Below, in pieces: positions 13,593 to 28,912 of a DNA stretch of 64,000 bases. The notes beneath the pieces are model-generated. The model was not told the origin of the DNA, did not search any database, and saw only the letters and a list, made by a program, of their open reading frames with translations. Each line of letters begins with the position of its first letter. Positions within the stretch are counted from its first letter, which is position 1. This stretch comes from the human T2T-CHM13v2.0 reference genome, Homo sapiens. The DNA is taken from assembly GCF_009914755.1 (NCBI RefSeq), contig NC_060927.1. One strand, 5' to 3'. The position numbers and the translations under genes were made by a program.

Positions 13593-13804
13593 GTGGCTCC
13601 AGATTGGACCCTGCAGGCTCCTTTGTCCCAACCAACACCAAACAAGCTCTGTCAAACATGCTACAGCGGCGCTCAGGCGCCATGATGCAGCCGCCTTCTC
13701 TTCATGCAATCACATCGCAGCAGCAGTTGATACAGATGAAGCTTCTGCAGCAGCAGCAGCAACAGCGACTTCTCAGGCAAGCCCAGACTCGGCCTTTCCA
13801 ACAG
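13593..13804 (+). CDS. MED12L: MED12L coding exon (212 nt; GSRLDPAGSFVPTN...QQQQQQRLLRQAQTRPFQQ)
   Basis: ttgtag| ... |gtttgt, phase 1-0. Confidence 0.94.
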
Positions 13805-15281
13805 GTTTGTCCAGACCCCAGCAATGGAGTCCTTTGCATTTTATTACCTCTGCTAGCTTGGGATAAGTTTGGGATATGTAGCATATTCTTTCTGTATGCA
13901 TATCCCTGTATACTTGTGTGAGTGCAGGTCTATCTCTCTGTTACAGGCTTGTAAATAGTTTTCCTCCATTGTACTTTACTGTTATCATTGCTCAAATAAG
14001 AATTTGATATGTCTTAGGTTTATTAAAAGTATACCTTAAAACAAAAAGAAGGGCTGATGACTTTCGGTCAATTAGAAGAAGCAGGCCTTTTATCCTTGAG
14101 GTGACCTTCTCTGAGCCCTCATTTTTCTATTATAATTACCACCATATTCTGTACTACTTTCAGCTCTTGTGTTCATGTATTATTTTTAGACTTATTACTG
14201 TGAGGTTATGTCTCTGAAGCCCTGATGTTTCCTAGGTTTTCTCTGATAGTGCCCTGCCTTTAATTTTTGTTTCTAGTGTATATTTAATAAGGTCTAGAGC
14301 AGATAAATTATAAACAACAGTCAGGATCTGGATACATTCAATTTAATTCTTGATTTATATTTCTATTTTTGTGGCCTATAACTCAATGTTCTTCATAGAA
14401 GACAGTGATCCATGTTTAAGAAAACATCAGCACTTAGTATAAACTCATGAAACACCTATGCGTCTGTACATTAAAATAAAGTGTGAGGTGAGAATGGGGA
14501 TTTCTTTTTCTAGTTTCTGTATACTTGTATTTTCTAGCTTTTCTAAAATGGTCATGCAGTATTTTGATAATAATAGCTAACACTAATAGAGCACTTACTA
14601 TATGCCAAAACATTTCTAAGCACTTTAGATGTATTAGCTATCTTAAGATACCAGGGTAACTCTATGAGTTAGGTACCTTCGTGATCCTCACATGGAAATA
14701 GCGAATCTACAGGTACATCCTGCTCTAAGAATAACCATAATACTTTCAACATAGCAAGAAATTCAAATGCTTTAAAAAATATTCTTTGTCTTTTGGATAA
14801 CTTTCTAGGCATATCTCCGTTGTGTAATTTACGGCACTTCCTGCATTTGGGCCACTTAGTGATGATTTTGGTGGATGGTGATGGCAAGGTTAGTCATTAT
14901 AAGGACAAGAGAGAAGAAACCAATTGAACTGTATGATGACGCAAGCAACAGTCATCACCATGTGCTTGTCTCTTCCTGACCTCTAACAATTAATTGCTTT
15001 AGCTCCCTGAGTGTCAGAAAGGATGAGTCTAAGCTGCTGCTTGCACATAAATGATGAACATTTGATTAAAATATGAAAAAAAATTATTTAATTTGCCTAA
15101 ATAAGCAACATGTTTAGAGCCATTTAAAACCTCATTGGGATTTTTAGCTCTTTTTTGGGAATCAGCAAAAATAGAGTTATACTATTGCTTCAAATCATTT
15201 TTGAGTTAAAAAATTTCACTAGAAGTTGAAAAACCATCCCACTAGAATGAATTTAGCCCTCTTTCAAAGTAATAACGCCTA

Positions 15282-15615
<334 letters not shown>

Positions 15616-17654
15616 TCATTTTTTCATATCTACCTTTTTATCACAAGGCATAGTTTTTCTTATTTATAGCCCACTTTCAAACTGTTACTGCCAAATTAAC
15701 TTTGAAGTACTTGTTAAGTTGTTCCTAGCACTAGGGAAAAGCCCACTGGGCCATTATGGGTAAATATACCTGTTTTTAAAAGGTTCACTTCCTGATATAA
15801 GCCATGACAAACGATTTCAGCTAGAAATTTTTTTAAAGCATTTAATTGAATAATCTACATGTAATCAAAGATATCCTTGCATATTTGGGGAAGTGTACCT
15901 TGATGACACCATTACTTTTCTTTCTCCTACCAAAAATACCTGGCTGTATCCTTTTGTACCACCGACAGTTGTACTGCTTGTACCAATGGGAATTAATTGT
16001 GATTTCATTCTTTTTCTGATTCTTTTGTGCTAACTCCATTACAGTGTTGGATTTTTTTTCTTTATTCTTCTCTTTTTAAACTTTTAAGACCAGAAATGCC
16101 ATCTTCAAATAGTAAAAGCTCCACTTCATAACAGTGATTGTACAGTATTCACCTCTTCATCTCAGACTCACTTCATATTGTTTTTAACAGTTGAAACTTA
16201 ACTATGGAGTCTCTGAAGGGCTTTCACAAGTAGGATATGTCTTTTTCTCTCATCATTCTTCAAGTGTTAGATAATTGAGGAAAATAGTATTCTTAAAGGA
16301 AGAGAAATGCATACATTATGCAGTCACGATGTACAGTGATCCTGTAGTACATCGAGCTAATGAGATTTGCATGTAGCATCCGTCATGGTACCTGTACTTA
16401 GGAGGTTCTGAGGAAATGTTAGTGCCTTTCCTCTCAATAGATCATGTATAAGCTATTAATATAACTGGAATTTAGCAAATATGGTCTTATGGCAGAAAAA
16501 AATTCTTCTGATAATCCTTCAAAATCTAAAGACAGAATTATATGGAATGTAAGCAATATTGATCAATTGTTTTAATATCTGTTGCTGGGCACAGTTTGCT
16601 TTTCTAGTGAGTACTGACCATTTCGTGCTATGGCAGGAAGATTTTCTCAGGTTACTCACCCACATATGATATGAATTTCTCTAGCTACATAAGGACTAAT
16701 AATATAGTTACTTTTTCATTTTTTGGCTTCTTGTAGAGAAAAGTAAGTAGATATGTTTTTATTCCAGAGGTCCATTTTCTTAAATATAACAAACATATTA
16801 GAGAATTTCCATTTATATTAACCTTCAAAACTGATTTTGGAATTCAGCAGATGCTTTTATAGGCTGATGAGTTTCTCCAGGTTTTGGATGTGACTGCTTC
16901 CTACGACAGTTTTCTAGTAACCCACTGGTTACCCCCTTTTCTTATGAGGTCAGACACTGGGCTGTATACTATTTTGTATTATCCTTTCATCTGCTAAGCA
17001 CACGGTACAATCTGTGAGCTGTGTATCAAATGAATAATGTAAGATTTGAACAGTTGCTTCCAGGAGCCTAAAGTTTCTTAGTAGCCTTAATCCTCAGCAT
17101 TCTGATTTTTATCCACACACCCTTCTCATAGCTTTCCCTTCCAGTGCTTCCAGAAACTGACCCTTCTAGTGACGTCTGCTACGGTTGTTTTGGAAACCTA
17201 AATGGGAAAGGTAAACATAAATTCCTGAACTCAGGATATATCTAAGACCTCACAGAGTCCCCTTATCCTCTTTCTGTCTAGTGGGGGAAGTTGGCATATG
17301 CAGAAACCATCCAGCCTTCAGTGATACACAATGAAAACTAGAATTCCATAAAATAACCCTCTAGTTCCACTGCAGAGATTGTACATGAGCTTCAGTCAGT
17401 CATGGAATATTCTGTCATGGATTGTCTTATATTTCCTCAGGAATGTGTTAAGACAGTGTTTAACACAGTACCTAGACAACAAGTGCTGAATAGCGTGGAT
17501 ATTGTTAAGTATTTTAATGAGATTATTTGATGTAATAATTGTTATAATTGAGTATATTTCCCTATAGCTTTAGTGCATATGGACATGCAGAAAGATGTTT
17601 TGGCAAGAAACCTGTTTTCATTCTTCTTGGTTGCAGTCTTCATCTAGGAAAATA

Positions 17655-17985
17655 CAGTAGTCCTATCACCCTGCTTATCCACAGGGAATATGTTGTAAGA
17701 CCTTCAGTGATTGCTGAAACCACAGAGGACCAAACCTGATATGGACCATGTTTTTTCCTATGTATAGGTACCTATATGATAAAGTTTAATTTATAAATTA
17801 GGCTCAGTAAGATACTAACAATATCTTACTAATAGTAAAATAGAACAATTATACTGTAACAAACATGTAAATGTCGTCTTTTTCAAAATCCCTTACTGTG
17901 CTGTACTCACCTGTTTTCGGACTGCAGTTTTCTGCAGGTAACTGAAACTGTGGGAAGTGAAACCGCAGAGAAGTGGCGACTACTG
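17655..17985. mobile_element. Tigger7/MER44-like DNA transposon fossil
   Basis: Terminal inverted repeats CAGTAGTC...GACTACTG, preceded by TA. Confidence 0.7.
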
Positions 17986-18049
17986 AAAAAAAAGAACTAT
18001 TTCTATTTCTTACTCAATATCCTGTATTTAGATGGGACTCAGTACAATG

Positions 18050-18215
18050 GTTACACTATCTTTCTGTGCCTCAGAGTCCCATCTATAAACTGGAGCTAAT
18101 ACTATACTGTACTTACTTTATAGGGTAGTTGTGAAGTTAATGATTAAGTATGTGTAAAACAGCCCTTAGAACAGTGGATGGCTCATAGTAAGTGCTCAAA
18201 AAGTGTTAGCTGTCA
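18050..18215 (-). mobile_element. MIR SINE fragment
   Basis: tctgtgcctcag...catctataaa...gtaagtgctcaa. Confidence 0.6.
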
Positions 18216-18667
18216 TACTTATCGTTGCTGCTTATTAGTATTTTTATGGTTTGTTATTTCAAAAGAAATTCATTTCCCATAACAATATTATTTTCTTAAA
18301 TATGTTAAGCTTTAAAATAAAAGCATATCAAATGGTTTACTTGTATAATTACATAAATTGCCATTAATAGGATTGGTTTAATCCTCATTTGCTTAGTGGT
18401 TACCAATAGAACAAACTCATAAAAAGGAATGTTGTTTTGTCATCCTAATTGTCATTTTAGCTTCTTAGAGTGGTGTGTTTTTGTTCTTTAAATACTGTGA
18501 TACTTGAGAGACTTATTCCAATCTCAGTGTTAAAAGTATCACTGTATTTTATTTTTCACATATTCTGTTAGAACTATCACAGAATATAGAATATTGGTTA
18601 TAATGCAAAATGCTGCTTTAATTATTTTCCGCTCATTCCTTTCTTATACTCGGTATTTTTCTTTTGA

Positions 18668-19064
<397 letters not shown>

Positions 19065-19849
19065 TAAGGAACTTTCATACCCCTCACAATATCGACATCT
19101 AGGGAAGGGGCTTGCAGAAGCAATCTAAAGTTTTGACCCAGGAAAAGAACTTTATGCCTTGATTTATGGTGTTGCTTTATCCTGATTTTTTCTTTCAGTA
19201 TATTAAATTATTTTATTTTTCTTTGTAATAATTCCAGACAGCATATTTTCAAGAGTCCAAAGAAGGATAGACAGAAGATATGTTTAGCTTGAATTGATTC
19301 AGACAAATTGGTTAAAAAATGCACTTGGTTATAGGCTCCATACAGATCATTAATCATAAGGATTTTTCAGGACAGAAAAGAGGAAGCTTCCTTTCAGAGG
19401 ACAGGAATGTGTGCGCAGTTATAGCTAGTATATGTAGCGACCAGTACATGTAGCGACTTGTAAAGAGGTTAGGTTATCCACCGTGGAGCAGGTCCCATCA
19501 TTTGTGTATCCAAATCAAGGAAATAGGTAATTTAAAGAATGAAGGATGACTGAGTCAGAACCTCCCAGAGCTGTTAGCTCCTTGGCAAAAATGAATCTGT
19601 GACTTCATGGGAACATGCTCTTGGATTACCATTTAAATTGAGTAATTACCCTTTGTTCGGTAATTGATCTCCCACCCTAAGGAAATGGTATCACCTTGGA
19701 ATATGTTTATTTTCTCTATCCCTCCCACTCACTCTTTAATGGTATACATATTTCAAGCATAGAGACGAGAATAGAAAAAATGTAATAATCACTAATGCAC
19801 TTACTAGCTTTATTAAATAATATTCTTCCATAATGCTGTAGATTATTTT

Positions 19850-20560
19850 TTTAAAAAAAATTACAGATGTGGATGAGTCTCCTTGTATCATCATTTCCCT
19901 CCCTTCTTCTAAAGTGGGAATCCCCATCATGATTTAGCATTTTACTTTCTTATGCATGTTTTTATACTTCTAATCTATACGTTTGCATCCATCAACATAA
20001 ACATTGTACAGTATTACTTTGTAGATTTGAAATGTTACGTAAATGTTCTCACACGTGTTGTATTATTTTGCGGCTTTTTTGTAGCTAATTTAATTATTTC
20101 TACTTTATGTAGTTATATTCATTCATTTATCCTGTTGGATGTTATTTCATTACGAATATTAATATGTTATTTATTCATTCTGTTGATGGTCATTTAATTT
20201 ATTCAGTTTTTTTGTTTGTTTTTTTTTTTAACTGTTAACTGTTACAGTAAACATTCTTTTACATTTCTTCTATACATGTGGAAAGTTTTAGGGTGTGTAC
20301 CTGAACATGGAAATGCTGATTGATTTTGAAAGTGGTGGTGATTCCTCTTAGAATAGTATATGAGCATTTTTCTTTCTCCATATTCCCACCAATGCTTGGT
20401 GTTATCAGACCTTATTTTTCTCAATCAGAGCAGGTGAAATGGTATTATATTATGACATCTTAATTTGCATTGTCCTGATTACCTGTGAGTTTAACCATTT
20501 TTTATAACTTTGCTAGCTATTCAGGTTTTCCCTTTTGTAAATTTCCTGATCATATAAATA
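19850..20560 (-). mobile_element. Old mammalian L1 (L1M) 3' fragment
   Basis: Degenerate L1M-like motifs, e.g. ccaccaatgcttggtgttatcagac...aatggtatt...taatttgcatt. Confidence 0.55.
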
Positions 20561-23500
20561 GAGCATATTTCAAATGATAGTCTCATTTGTTAAAGGTAGG
20601 CAAAATAGTCTTGTTGAAACATATTTTGAGTATTGATAACTAATGTGTTTATTCAGAGGGTGTAATTAATATACATTTCAATGACAAAAATGAACTTAGG
20701 AGAAGAAAACCACTGTCCTGGTAAATATGTCCTAAACTCTATCATTTTGGTTTTTGGGTAGAAAGCATGTTCAGGGAGGTGGGTGCTTCACTTATTACTT
20801 ATATCTGGTATTTCTCTGTTTATTTGAATGATGAGGAAGGTGCTGATTTTATTTGCTAAAATTATGATTAGGCAGATATAATGAGCTCGGAGATAGTGTT
20901 TGCAGCTTGATTTTTATGAGAGAGGGCAGAAGATTGGATGGAGGGGTGAGGAAATGAATCACCAATACAAGCATGGCAGCTGGATCTAAAGACCAATGTA
21001 CAAATGCAATCAATTATGTACCTATATGTAAAATGGTGAGAATAGGTATTATTTGCCTGGGAAATTCCTCCTATACTTTCCAATCCTCAGTATAGTAAAA
21101 TGCTTTTTCTATTATTGGTGAAATCCTTTGCTTCATCTCTATCTCCAGAACTCAGTGAGCTCAGGGAAATTTTTAACATCTCAGTAATATATCCTTTGGC
21201 ATTTGAATATATAAATGATTTAGAAAGGGACTCATTTAGTTGAGAAATAGCAATTTTCCCCAGGTATTCAGTTGACTTTTCCTAAATCAGATTACCTTTT
21301 AGTGTGCAAACAGTGGTCGCACTATAAATATTTGCTGTCTACTGTGATTGGTTGAATGTGTGGTTAATCTGATGATCTCTTCTTACTTGGATTTACTGGG
21401 GATGGGGCTAATTACATCCTTCAAGAACATATGGCCTGCTGACTTGTTTACTTAATGTCTTGTCTGCTTAATGTGACCCACATGTCCTGAGCTCCCCCAC
21501 TGGCCCTAGGGCGGGAAGGACCCTAGCCCCTTGTTGGTCACATGGGGGTTCCAAAGCCCCTTAGTTGCAGCACGTTTTGGTGTCTGATATCTCCTCTACT
21601 TCCTTTATGTCACCATTTAACCTCCATGTTGTGCTATTCTAGTATATGAATATCACCATATTGTTTATCAGTGTTGCAGTCTGTAGTGAGGATGTTTGAC
21701 ATATGAATTAATAAAACCCTTATAGGGCCTATGTTTTTAAGTCTTGACTTCCTGCAACATTGTTTTAAATGAAATAGTTCATATGTATTTTGGCTACCCA
21801 CGTCATTAGGCTAAAAAATCTTATCTGTATTGTCTGCCATTTTCTTGCTGTCCCCTTTCTGTAGGACTTCTGTAACTCTGCTGTCTCCCTTCTGGAAGAC
21901 TTTGACAACATAATGGTAACACCCCTGCTGTCATTCCTTCCTTTTTCTTTCTTTTCTTTTTTCTTTTTTTTTTTAATAAATTTTTATAGCATTGCCCTTT
22001 GAACGTCAAAATGAGAAGCAGGTTTTTCTGTAGCTGGTAATAATTATAGTCTTCATTTCACTGTTAACTCGGTTTATGTTTGAGACTGTAACACAGAATC
22101 ATGAATGCATTGACCATGTTTAATTTAATGGAAGTTTTTTTCTGAAAATGCACCCCTTTGATCGCCTCATGATTTCCATCATATACATCTATGGTATAGA
22201 AACCAATAGACATTCATGGCCTGGGCTTGGGAACATAGACCAGTTCGTGCACCTTCATCTCAGTCCCAGTTTTGAACCTGTCTATTCCTGAGCTCTTGCT
22301 TCTCTCTGTGGTAATTTATATCATTAGTAGAGGAATGCATGGCATGCTGATTCATAGGCCAATGCAAGATAATGAAAACTGTGGTTATGAAACTTACCCT
22401 CTCATCACATCCCACTCACTGGCTATTCCCAAAATCTCAACGGAACACATCATCTCTATTTTCTTTCCAGTATGGAGAAGATTTTTTTTTGAGCATAGGT
22501 CTTGTGCATGCATGTCATAAGACTTCATCTCTACTGCTTTGCCTGGGCTAGCTAAGAATGCATGTTTTGCATTAAATTACTTATAGGTTTCTGTATCAGG
22601 TAGCCAACCCACAACATAAACCCAAGAAGCATTAGAATAAAAAAGAGCACACATCTCAGATGTGACTGTAAGTTAACTTGTTTCACTGCCATTTTAATGG
22701 GTAACATTATCTATACATTGATAAAGATATCCTTAACTGCATATTCAAACTTTGAAAATATTTAGGTTATTTAATACTTGTTGTATAAGCATTTTCTCCA
22801 ATAGTTATTTCAGCAAAGGAAAGCTTGGAAACTTTTCTGAAAAGACTCAGTTTTTCTTGACAGTTTATGGTATTCAGGGGGCAGGTGAGGATTTTATTGA
22901 AAAACTTGAGTTAAACTATGAAGTTCAAAAATGTTTTGGAGACAGCTTATGTTTGCTATAGGGCATTGTTTATTATTCAGGTGATAATGTAATTCAGATA
23001 GAAAACAATTTGCATCAATCACTGGCTTTTTAAAAAATGTTTTTATTGACAGCTATTTTATGTATAAGTATTTAAAGTCAAAAGAAGGTTCCGTGATTTC
23101 TATATTAATTCAAAGTAATGAAAATGTGTATTTTTGCTATCCATTTTACCACTCTTATTTTTCTATAATATTCTGCTTTCTTAGGAAGTTAATGAATCTA
23201 TACTCAATCAGTTCTTATAATATATGGACATGCTAAAATCATAAAGGTTCATTACTGTATGGGATGTGTTTGTTTTAGAATGAATCAGACTATTCTAGCA
23301 GTTAGTTACTGTTCATTGATTCCCAACCAAGTCGTATTTGAGGTGAAAACTTTTAAAAGTATCAAGCATAACTAGCCAACAAGACCTCTTATAATTTAGA
23401 ATTTCCTCTCTCTGTTGTCTGCAGTTGAAATAAACCAGTATGATGTAATGACCACAACTTCTGGTTCATACCATGTGGTGTTTTAGCCTAAAGCACTCAG

Positions 23501-24427
23501 TAACTTCCAAACTAGGAGTTATAAATAAAACCCTTTCTGCTAGGTGACTTGTAAAACATTACCCACTGGTTTTTGTTATGTGCCTTTTATTACTGTTTTC
23601 CAAATCAGTATTTCCAGAAACCAAGTCACAAAATCTGGCTGTGGTTTTTATAGATATAACTTGTCTCTCTACTTGTAACCCTTAAACACTACTGAAAAAT
23701 TACTAAATAAGGATTTGAATCATTACTAGTAAATTGAGTGGATAGGAAACTCCTGATTCTAAAATGCTCTGATTATAATCCTTACTGATTGCTAATTGGA
23801 GGTATAACCAGTCCTACATGAAAAGGAGATCTTCACATTTTCTCATTTGATTGAGGGTGTAGTTGCTAATACAGATCAGATTAAGACACAGAAGAATGAA
23901 AATTATGTTCGAGGATCATTAAAAATTTAAAACTTATCGGATGCATTCATTTCAAATTATGCCAAAAGCCTTTGAGTCAACATCTCTTTGAGCTCACATA
24001 CTTCTGTCTAATTAAAAAATACAGCAGTAAGAGAGAGAACTCTTCTTATAAAGGTTAGGAAGATAGGTCAGTATTGAACAGCACAGCTTCTTTAGAAGTT
24101 TTTTAAAAATGGAAATTTTAGAAAGTACATATTTATTTAATGTTATATTTTGTTTATAGAGGTAAGCCCAAAGCAGAGTGCATGAAAATGAAGTAAAGAG
24201 ACCATGTGTAGGAATTTACCTCAGGTAGCAATGTAGAGATGGGCTTATACAATTATTAGACTGTCCCAGTTCTCTGTAGATCATTCCCTTTGCACATACA
24301 AGTCAGGTATCTGAGCCATGGAAGCTTGAGCAGGGAACAAATATCTTATTCTCTCTTACTGATATGCTTAAAATCACATAGCACCTGCCTAGACACAAAT
24401 ATGCCACCAAAAACCATCTTCCTGCAG

Positions 24428-24573
24428 GCTGGATGCAGTGGCTCATACCTATAATCCCAACACTTTAGGAGGCCAAGGTTGGAGGATCTCTTGAGTCCAG
24501 GAATTTGAGGCCGCAGTGAAGTATGATCTTGCCACTGCACTACAGCCTTGGCAACAAAGTGAGATGCTGTCTC
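24428..24573 (+). mobile_element. Alu monomer (FLAM/FRAM-like)
   Basis: Single diverged Alu arm. Confidence 0.75.
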
Positions 24574-25726
24574 ACTTTGTGTTTCACATAAACAAAAACA
24601 AACAAATCATGTTCCCATATAGTTCTCTCCATGCATTAAAAAATATGAAGTTAAAGTGGCCTCAGTTGTTTTGGTTGAGCAGAATAAATAGGGAGAAATT
24701 AAGTTACTCTTCAGATACTAATGCTGGCAGGAAGAAGAAATCATTAGAATGATAGATGCTAAACATTAAATTAAATTTGAGTTTTCAAAAGATGGAGCTG
24801 ACAACTGTGAAGCAATTAGAAAGCACTTGGTAAAGTAATTGATGCTCAAACATAAATCCTAATTTGCCTCTGGATTTCTTGGTTAACAGATAAACTAAAT
24901 TAAATCTTAGTTATTCTGAACAGATATTTACTGAGCACTTACTATATGTGCTAGGCACTAATTAAAAATAAAGCTTAAAAATTTTTCAGAAATTAACAGA
25001 TAACTAAGGTGACCAGATGTCCTGATTTGCCAGGCATGGTCTCACTTTGCCCTCTTGCCCTGTCTTGTCCTAGTTTGGATGACATGTTAGATAGTCTGTT
25101 CTTGGTTTAATGTGGCCAAACCCATGCCTACCAACATTTAAAAGTTTTTTTACTAATTCTCAGTCTCTAGTTTCCTTTATTATTCCCACATTGTGGTTCT
25201 TATTTAACATTTGTAAAATATTTCAAGTTATTAAAGAACTTATTCATTCTGTTCTCAACTAATTGAACTGTTTCTACAAATTGAAATAATGTGTTCCTGA
25301 CATTATTCTTGGAAAAACAAAGAAAAGTAGGAATCCATTTCATTCTGATAGGAGAGATTAGGGTGTTTTCTTTTTAGGAGCACATGATGATAACAGCTAT
25401 GCCTGGCAAAATTGGGAAGTGCTAGTCAAATAGGGATGTTTGTGATTTTCTCAGGGAGAATATTGCATATCTGAATTATTTTCCATACTTAAGTAGTATG
25501 TTGGGACAAACTGGTGGTCAGGAGGAAACATAATATGCTCACATATAAATAGTTCACCTTTAGACATAAAGGTGGAAAATGTTAGGGTGTGTACCTGAAC
25601 ATGGTATAAAACTATATACAAAAACTATATTTCCATTTGTATTTCTTTTTCCTTTTAAAAGTATGGCACAATTTTCTGAATGTTTTGTGATTTTTAAAAA
25701 TGTAGAATAATAGTTTTCAGTTTCCA

Positions 25727-26038
25727 TTTCTTCTTCTTCTTTTTTTTTTTTTTTTTGAGATAGGGTCTCATTCTGGTGCCCAGGCTGGAGTGCAGTGGCA
25801 CGATCTTGGCTCACTGCAACCTCTGCCTCCCAGGCCAAGGAATCCTCTCACCTCAACCTTCCAAGTAGCTGAGACTACAGGCACGTGTCAGCACATCCAG
25901 CTAATTTTTTGTATTTTTTGTAGAGATCAGATTTCACCATGTTGCCCAGGCTGGTCTCGAACTGCTGGGCTCAGGTGATTCACCCGCCTCGGCCTCCCAA
26001 AATGCTGAGATTAGAGGCGTGAGCCACCGCACCTGCCC
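25727..26038 (-). mobile_element. Alu (AluJ-like)
   Basis: Antisense dimer; approximate TSD cagtttccatttctt / cagttcctatttctt. Confidence 0.9.
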
Positions 26039-28180
26039 AGTTCCTATTTCTTAAATTCCCATGATCTCAACTAATATATGTAAATAAGAATATTGCCCAA
26101 TAGCTCAGATATATACCTTATTAGTATTCTAGCTCCCCCCACCATGTAAGTCATAATGTGTTTCATAAAGTTCTTCAATAAAAGCAAAAGAAGAGCGAAG
26201 AGTTAGAAAACATCTGCTTTATGCATCTGAATGCAGCTGTCACATGCAGATCGCATTCTGCTTCCCACAAAGCCAAAAGAGGGCACGAGTGTTATAAACT
26301 ACCTATAGATCCCTAGATTCTAACTCATATATAAATAGTTGATTTTTCTGTTTTGTAAAAATGGTAATATACATATATTTGTCTCTACAAAGAAGCACAA
26401 CAGTATGTCTCAGGGACCTTGTATGATGCTAGTGTCCAGGAGTGGTCTTTAAGGATCTGGTTGATTTAATTATTCCTTGGCATAGTGTTTGGAGGATCAA
26501 GAGCCATTTGGATTCTTTGGGAAGAACAGTTTTAGGCTCCTGATGGTCATACTGTCATGGTATGTGTTCTCACAGAGGAAGTTTGGGCTATATTTCTCTA
26601 ACCCAAGCAAATGGAGATACAATTGTTTTTTTAACAGATTAATGAGTTAGAGACTAAGAGTATCTTCATGATAGCCTACTCTGAAAGTAAGATTCTTGTA
26701 TGTATAAATACCCTCAGAGGTACACTCAAAAATTTATGTTTCATTCATGTGTAGATAGATAGTCACCTAGAGAGATGCTGAAGTTTCGTAAATGGCCACG
26801 TGATTTTTTTTGTGGGGATCAGAGAAAGGGCTTAACTGTCTTAGGTATGCATTTGGTTTTGGTATCTCATTAATAAGGCTTAATAGAGATTGTCCTTTTG
26901 GTTTTTCATTAGGATGATTTTAAGAGGCTATATGTCCTTAAATAATAAGCACCAAATAAGTATTTTCATCCTTAATGTCACACATGGAGGCATCTCATGA
27001 TAATGGAAAGAGCCCTAGGCTTTCAAGTCAGACTTCCTGGAGTTTAGATCATGGCACTGCCAGGTCTTGCTGGGCAAGTTTGCTAAGTTGCTTAAGCTCT
27101 TTGAGCCTGGCTTTTCCTGTCTGAAGAAGATGAGAATGATGCTCCTTTCCTATAGGGTTCTTGTGAGAAAATGAGAGTAAGAACCAGAAGCCCAGCCTCT
27201 GAAATATGATCGATTCTTAATAATCGTTGATATCCTTCCTCTTAAGCTACATATTTATCCCTTTCTCCCTGCTAGAAATACCTACACTACTTTTCAAACA
27301 CATTAAAATAGCTTTATGTAACTATAATTTAGCACTTTTTAAAATGAGAATCTCTGTTAAAGACAGTAGTAAAATAATCCTACAATAAATCTCATTCTTT
27401 ACAATCAGTAAGTCCTGAAAAAAAAACAGAGTGGTAGGAAACTAGGATTATTTTTATGATTATTACTGCAAGCTTCCATGAAGTAACTTCTGCCACCAAA
27501 ACATAAAACACACATACCATTGCTCTTGTGAATATATTTGTTTTCTTATGGCCAAAACATGTATTAGATTAAGATTGGTGAACAGATGTTAATTGGTTTT
27601 ATTTTGCATTGTAGTTGGTTGGAATTATGTTTGCCATTAACTTACAAAATTTATCGACTATATTCTCATTGATTTTTAGAGTCATAGAAAGTACTAAATG
27701 TATTCCTTGAATATCTGGCTAAATAGGCAATTAGTAGGTCACTGTGAAGAAGCTTCATTAAAAAGTCATAAAAATTTTATATGCCACCGTGTGTCTGTAC
27801 CACACGTTCTCTTCCCTTTATAGGCACTGGGTAGTGCAGCCCTGTGGTTCCAGATTTCACACTTAGTGGGACATTTATACCCTGGCATGTATTGGAAGCC
27901 AGCTGACAGCCTCTCTGCTGAGCAGACCATTGATAACTTAGGCTTGTATTTATGGCTTTGTTATCATTGGGAAAATCTGTAGTCTTCTTTGGAAGGAATA
28001 AGTTCAACAGTCTAAACACATAGGATATTGATGAGAAATAATATTTAATACATTTTGAAAATCTTTGAGTTCTTTATCCATGTAATGAGATTAGATGTGG
28101 GTTATTTGGATTATTAACCAGAAGCTCAAATCAAGCCCTTGCTGTTATGATCAAGAGTTTGCTTTGGCTTTGTTTTCCAG

Positions 28181-28270
28181 GGCCAGCCGGGGGACCAGGC
28201 TGCTCTCTTTGCTGCGCAAGCACGGCCCTCCCCTCAGCTCCCTCAGTATCCAGGGCTGCAGCAAGCACAG
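28181..28270 (+). CDS. MED12L: MED12L coding exon (90 nt; GQPGDQAALFAAQARPSPQLPQYPGLQQAQ)
   Basis: ttttccag| ... |gtaccc, phase 0-0. Confidence 0.92.
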
Positions 28271-28614
28271 GTACCCACATTTGCTTTGTAGGTACTGACA
28301 GGATTTTCAAAGCTCTTTATTGGAGGTGGGAAATTAAGTAAATAGAATATATCAACTCCCTATAGGGTCTAGAACTTGATTACTTCTTCTACTTATAGAT
28401 TATAATTGATATTTCAAAAAAGCATGATCAGGATTGTTGAAGTCTTAGGATTGATTAAGGAGCATAAAACATTCTAGAAAACCCTTTAAAAGTGTAAATT
28501 CAAACCTTTTATTAGTGATGATTATAGATATTGAAATACTTAACAATCCCAGAGTTACTTCTTTTATGTTATAATGTATAATGATGTAATTCAGTTTTGA
28601 AGTCATCATATTTG

Positions 28615-28912
28615 GGCTGGACTCAGTGGCTCATGCCTGTAATCTGCACTTTGAGAGGCCAAGGTGAGAGGATTGCTTCACCCCCAGAATTTGAGACCAG
28701 CCTGGGTAACATAGTGAGACTCAGTCTCTACAAAAGAAAATAAAAATTAAAAAATTAGCCAGGCGTGGTGGCATGCACCTATAGTCCCAGTTGCACGGGA
28801 GGCTAAAGTGGAGGATCGCTTGAGCTTGAGAGGTTGAGGTTGCAGTGAGCTGTGATCTGTTGCCTTGGGCAACAGAGCAAGACCCTGTCTCAAAATAAAT
28901 AAATAAATAGAA
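28615..28912 (+). mobile_element. Alu (AluJ-like)
   Basis: Dimer with (AAAT)n tail; MIR fragment follows at ~28940-29150. Confidence 0.88.

Noticed and set aside
13747-13767. CAG runs in MED12L exons as expansion-prone repeats
   Set aside because: Short (5 or fewer pure CAG) and interrupted; ordinary Q-rich coding sequence
21488-21560. GC-rich patch resembling a CTCF site
   Set aside because: Poor fit to the CTCF core on manual alignment and no other support
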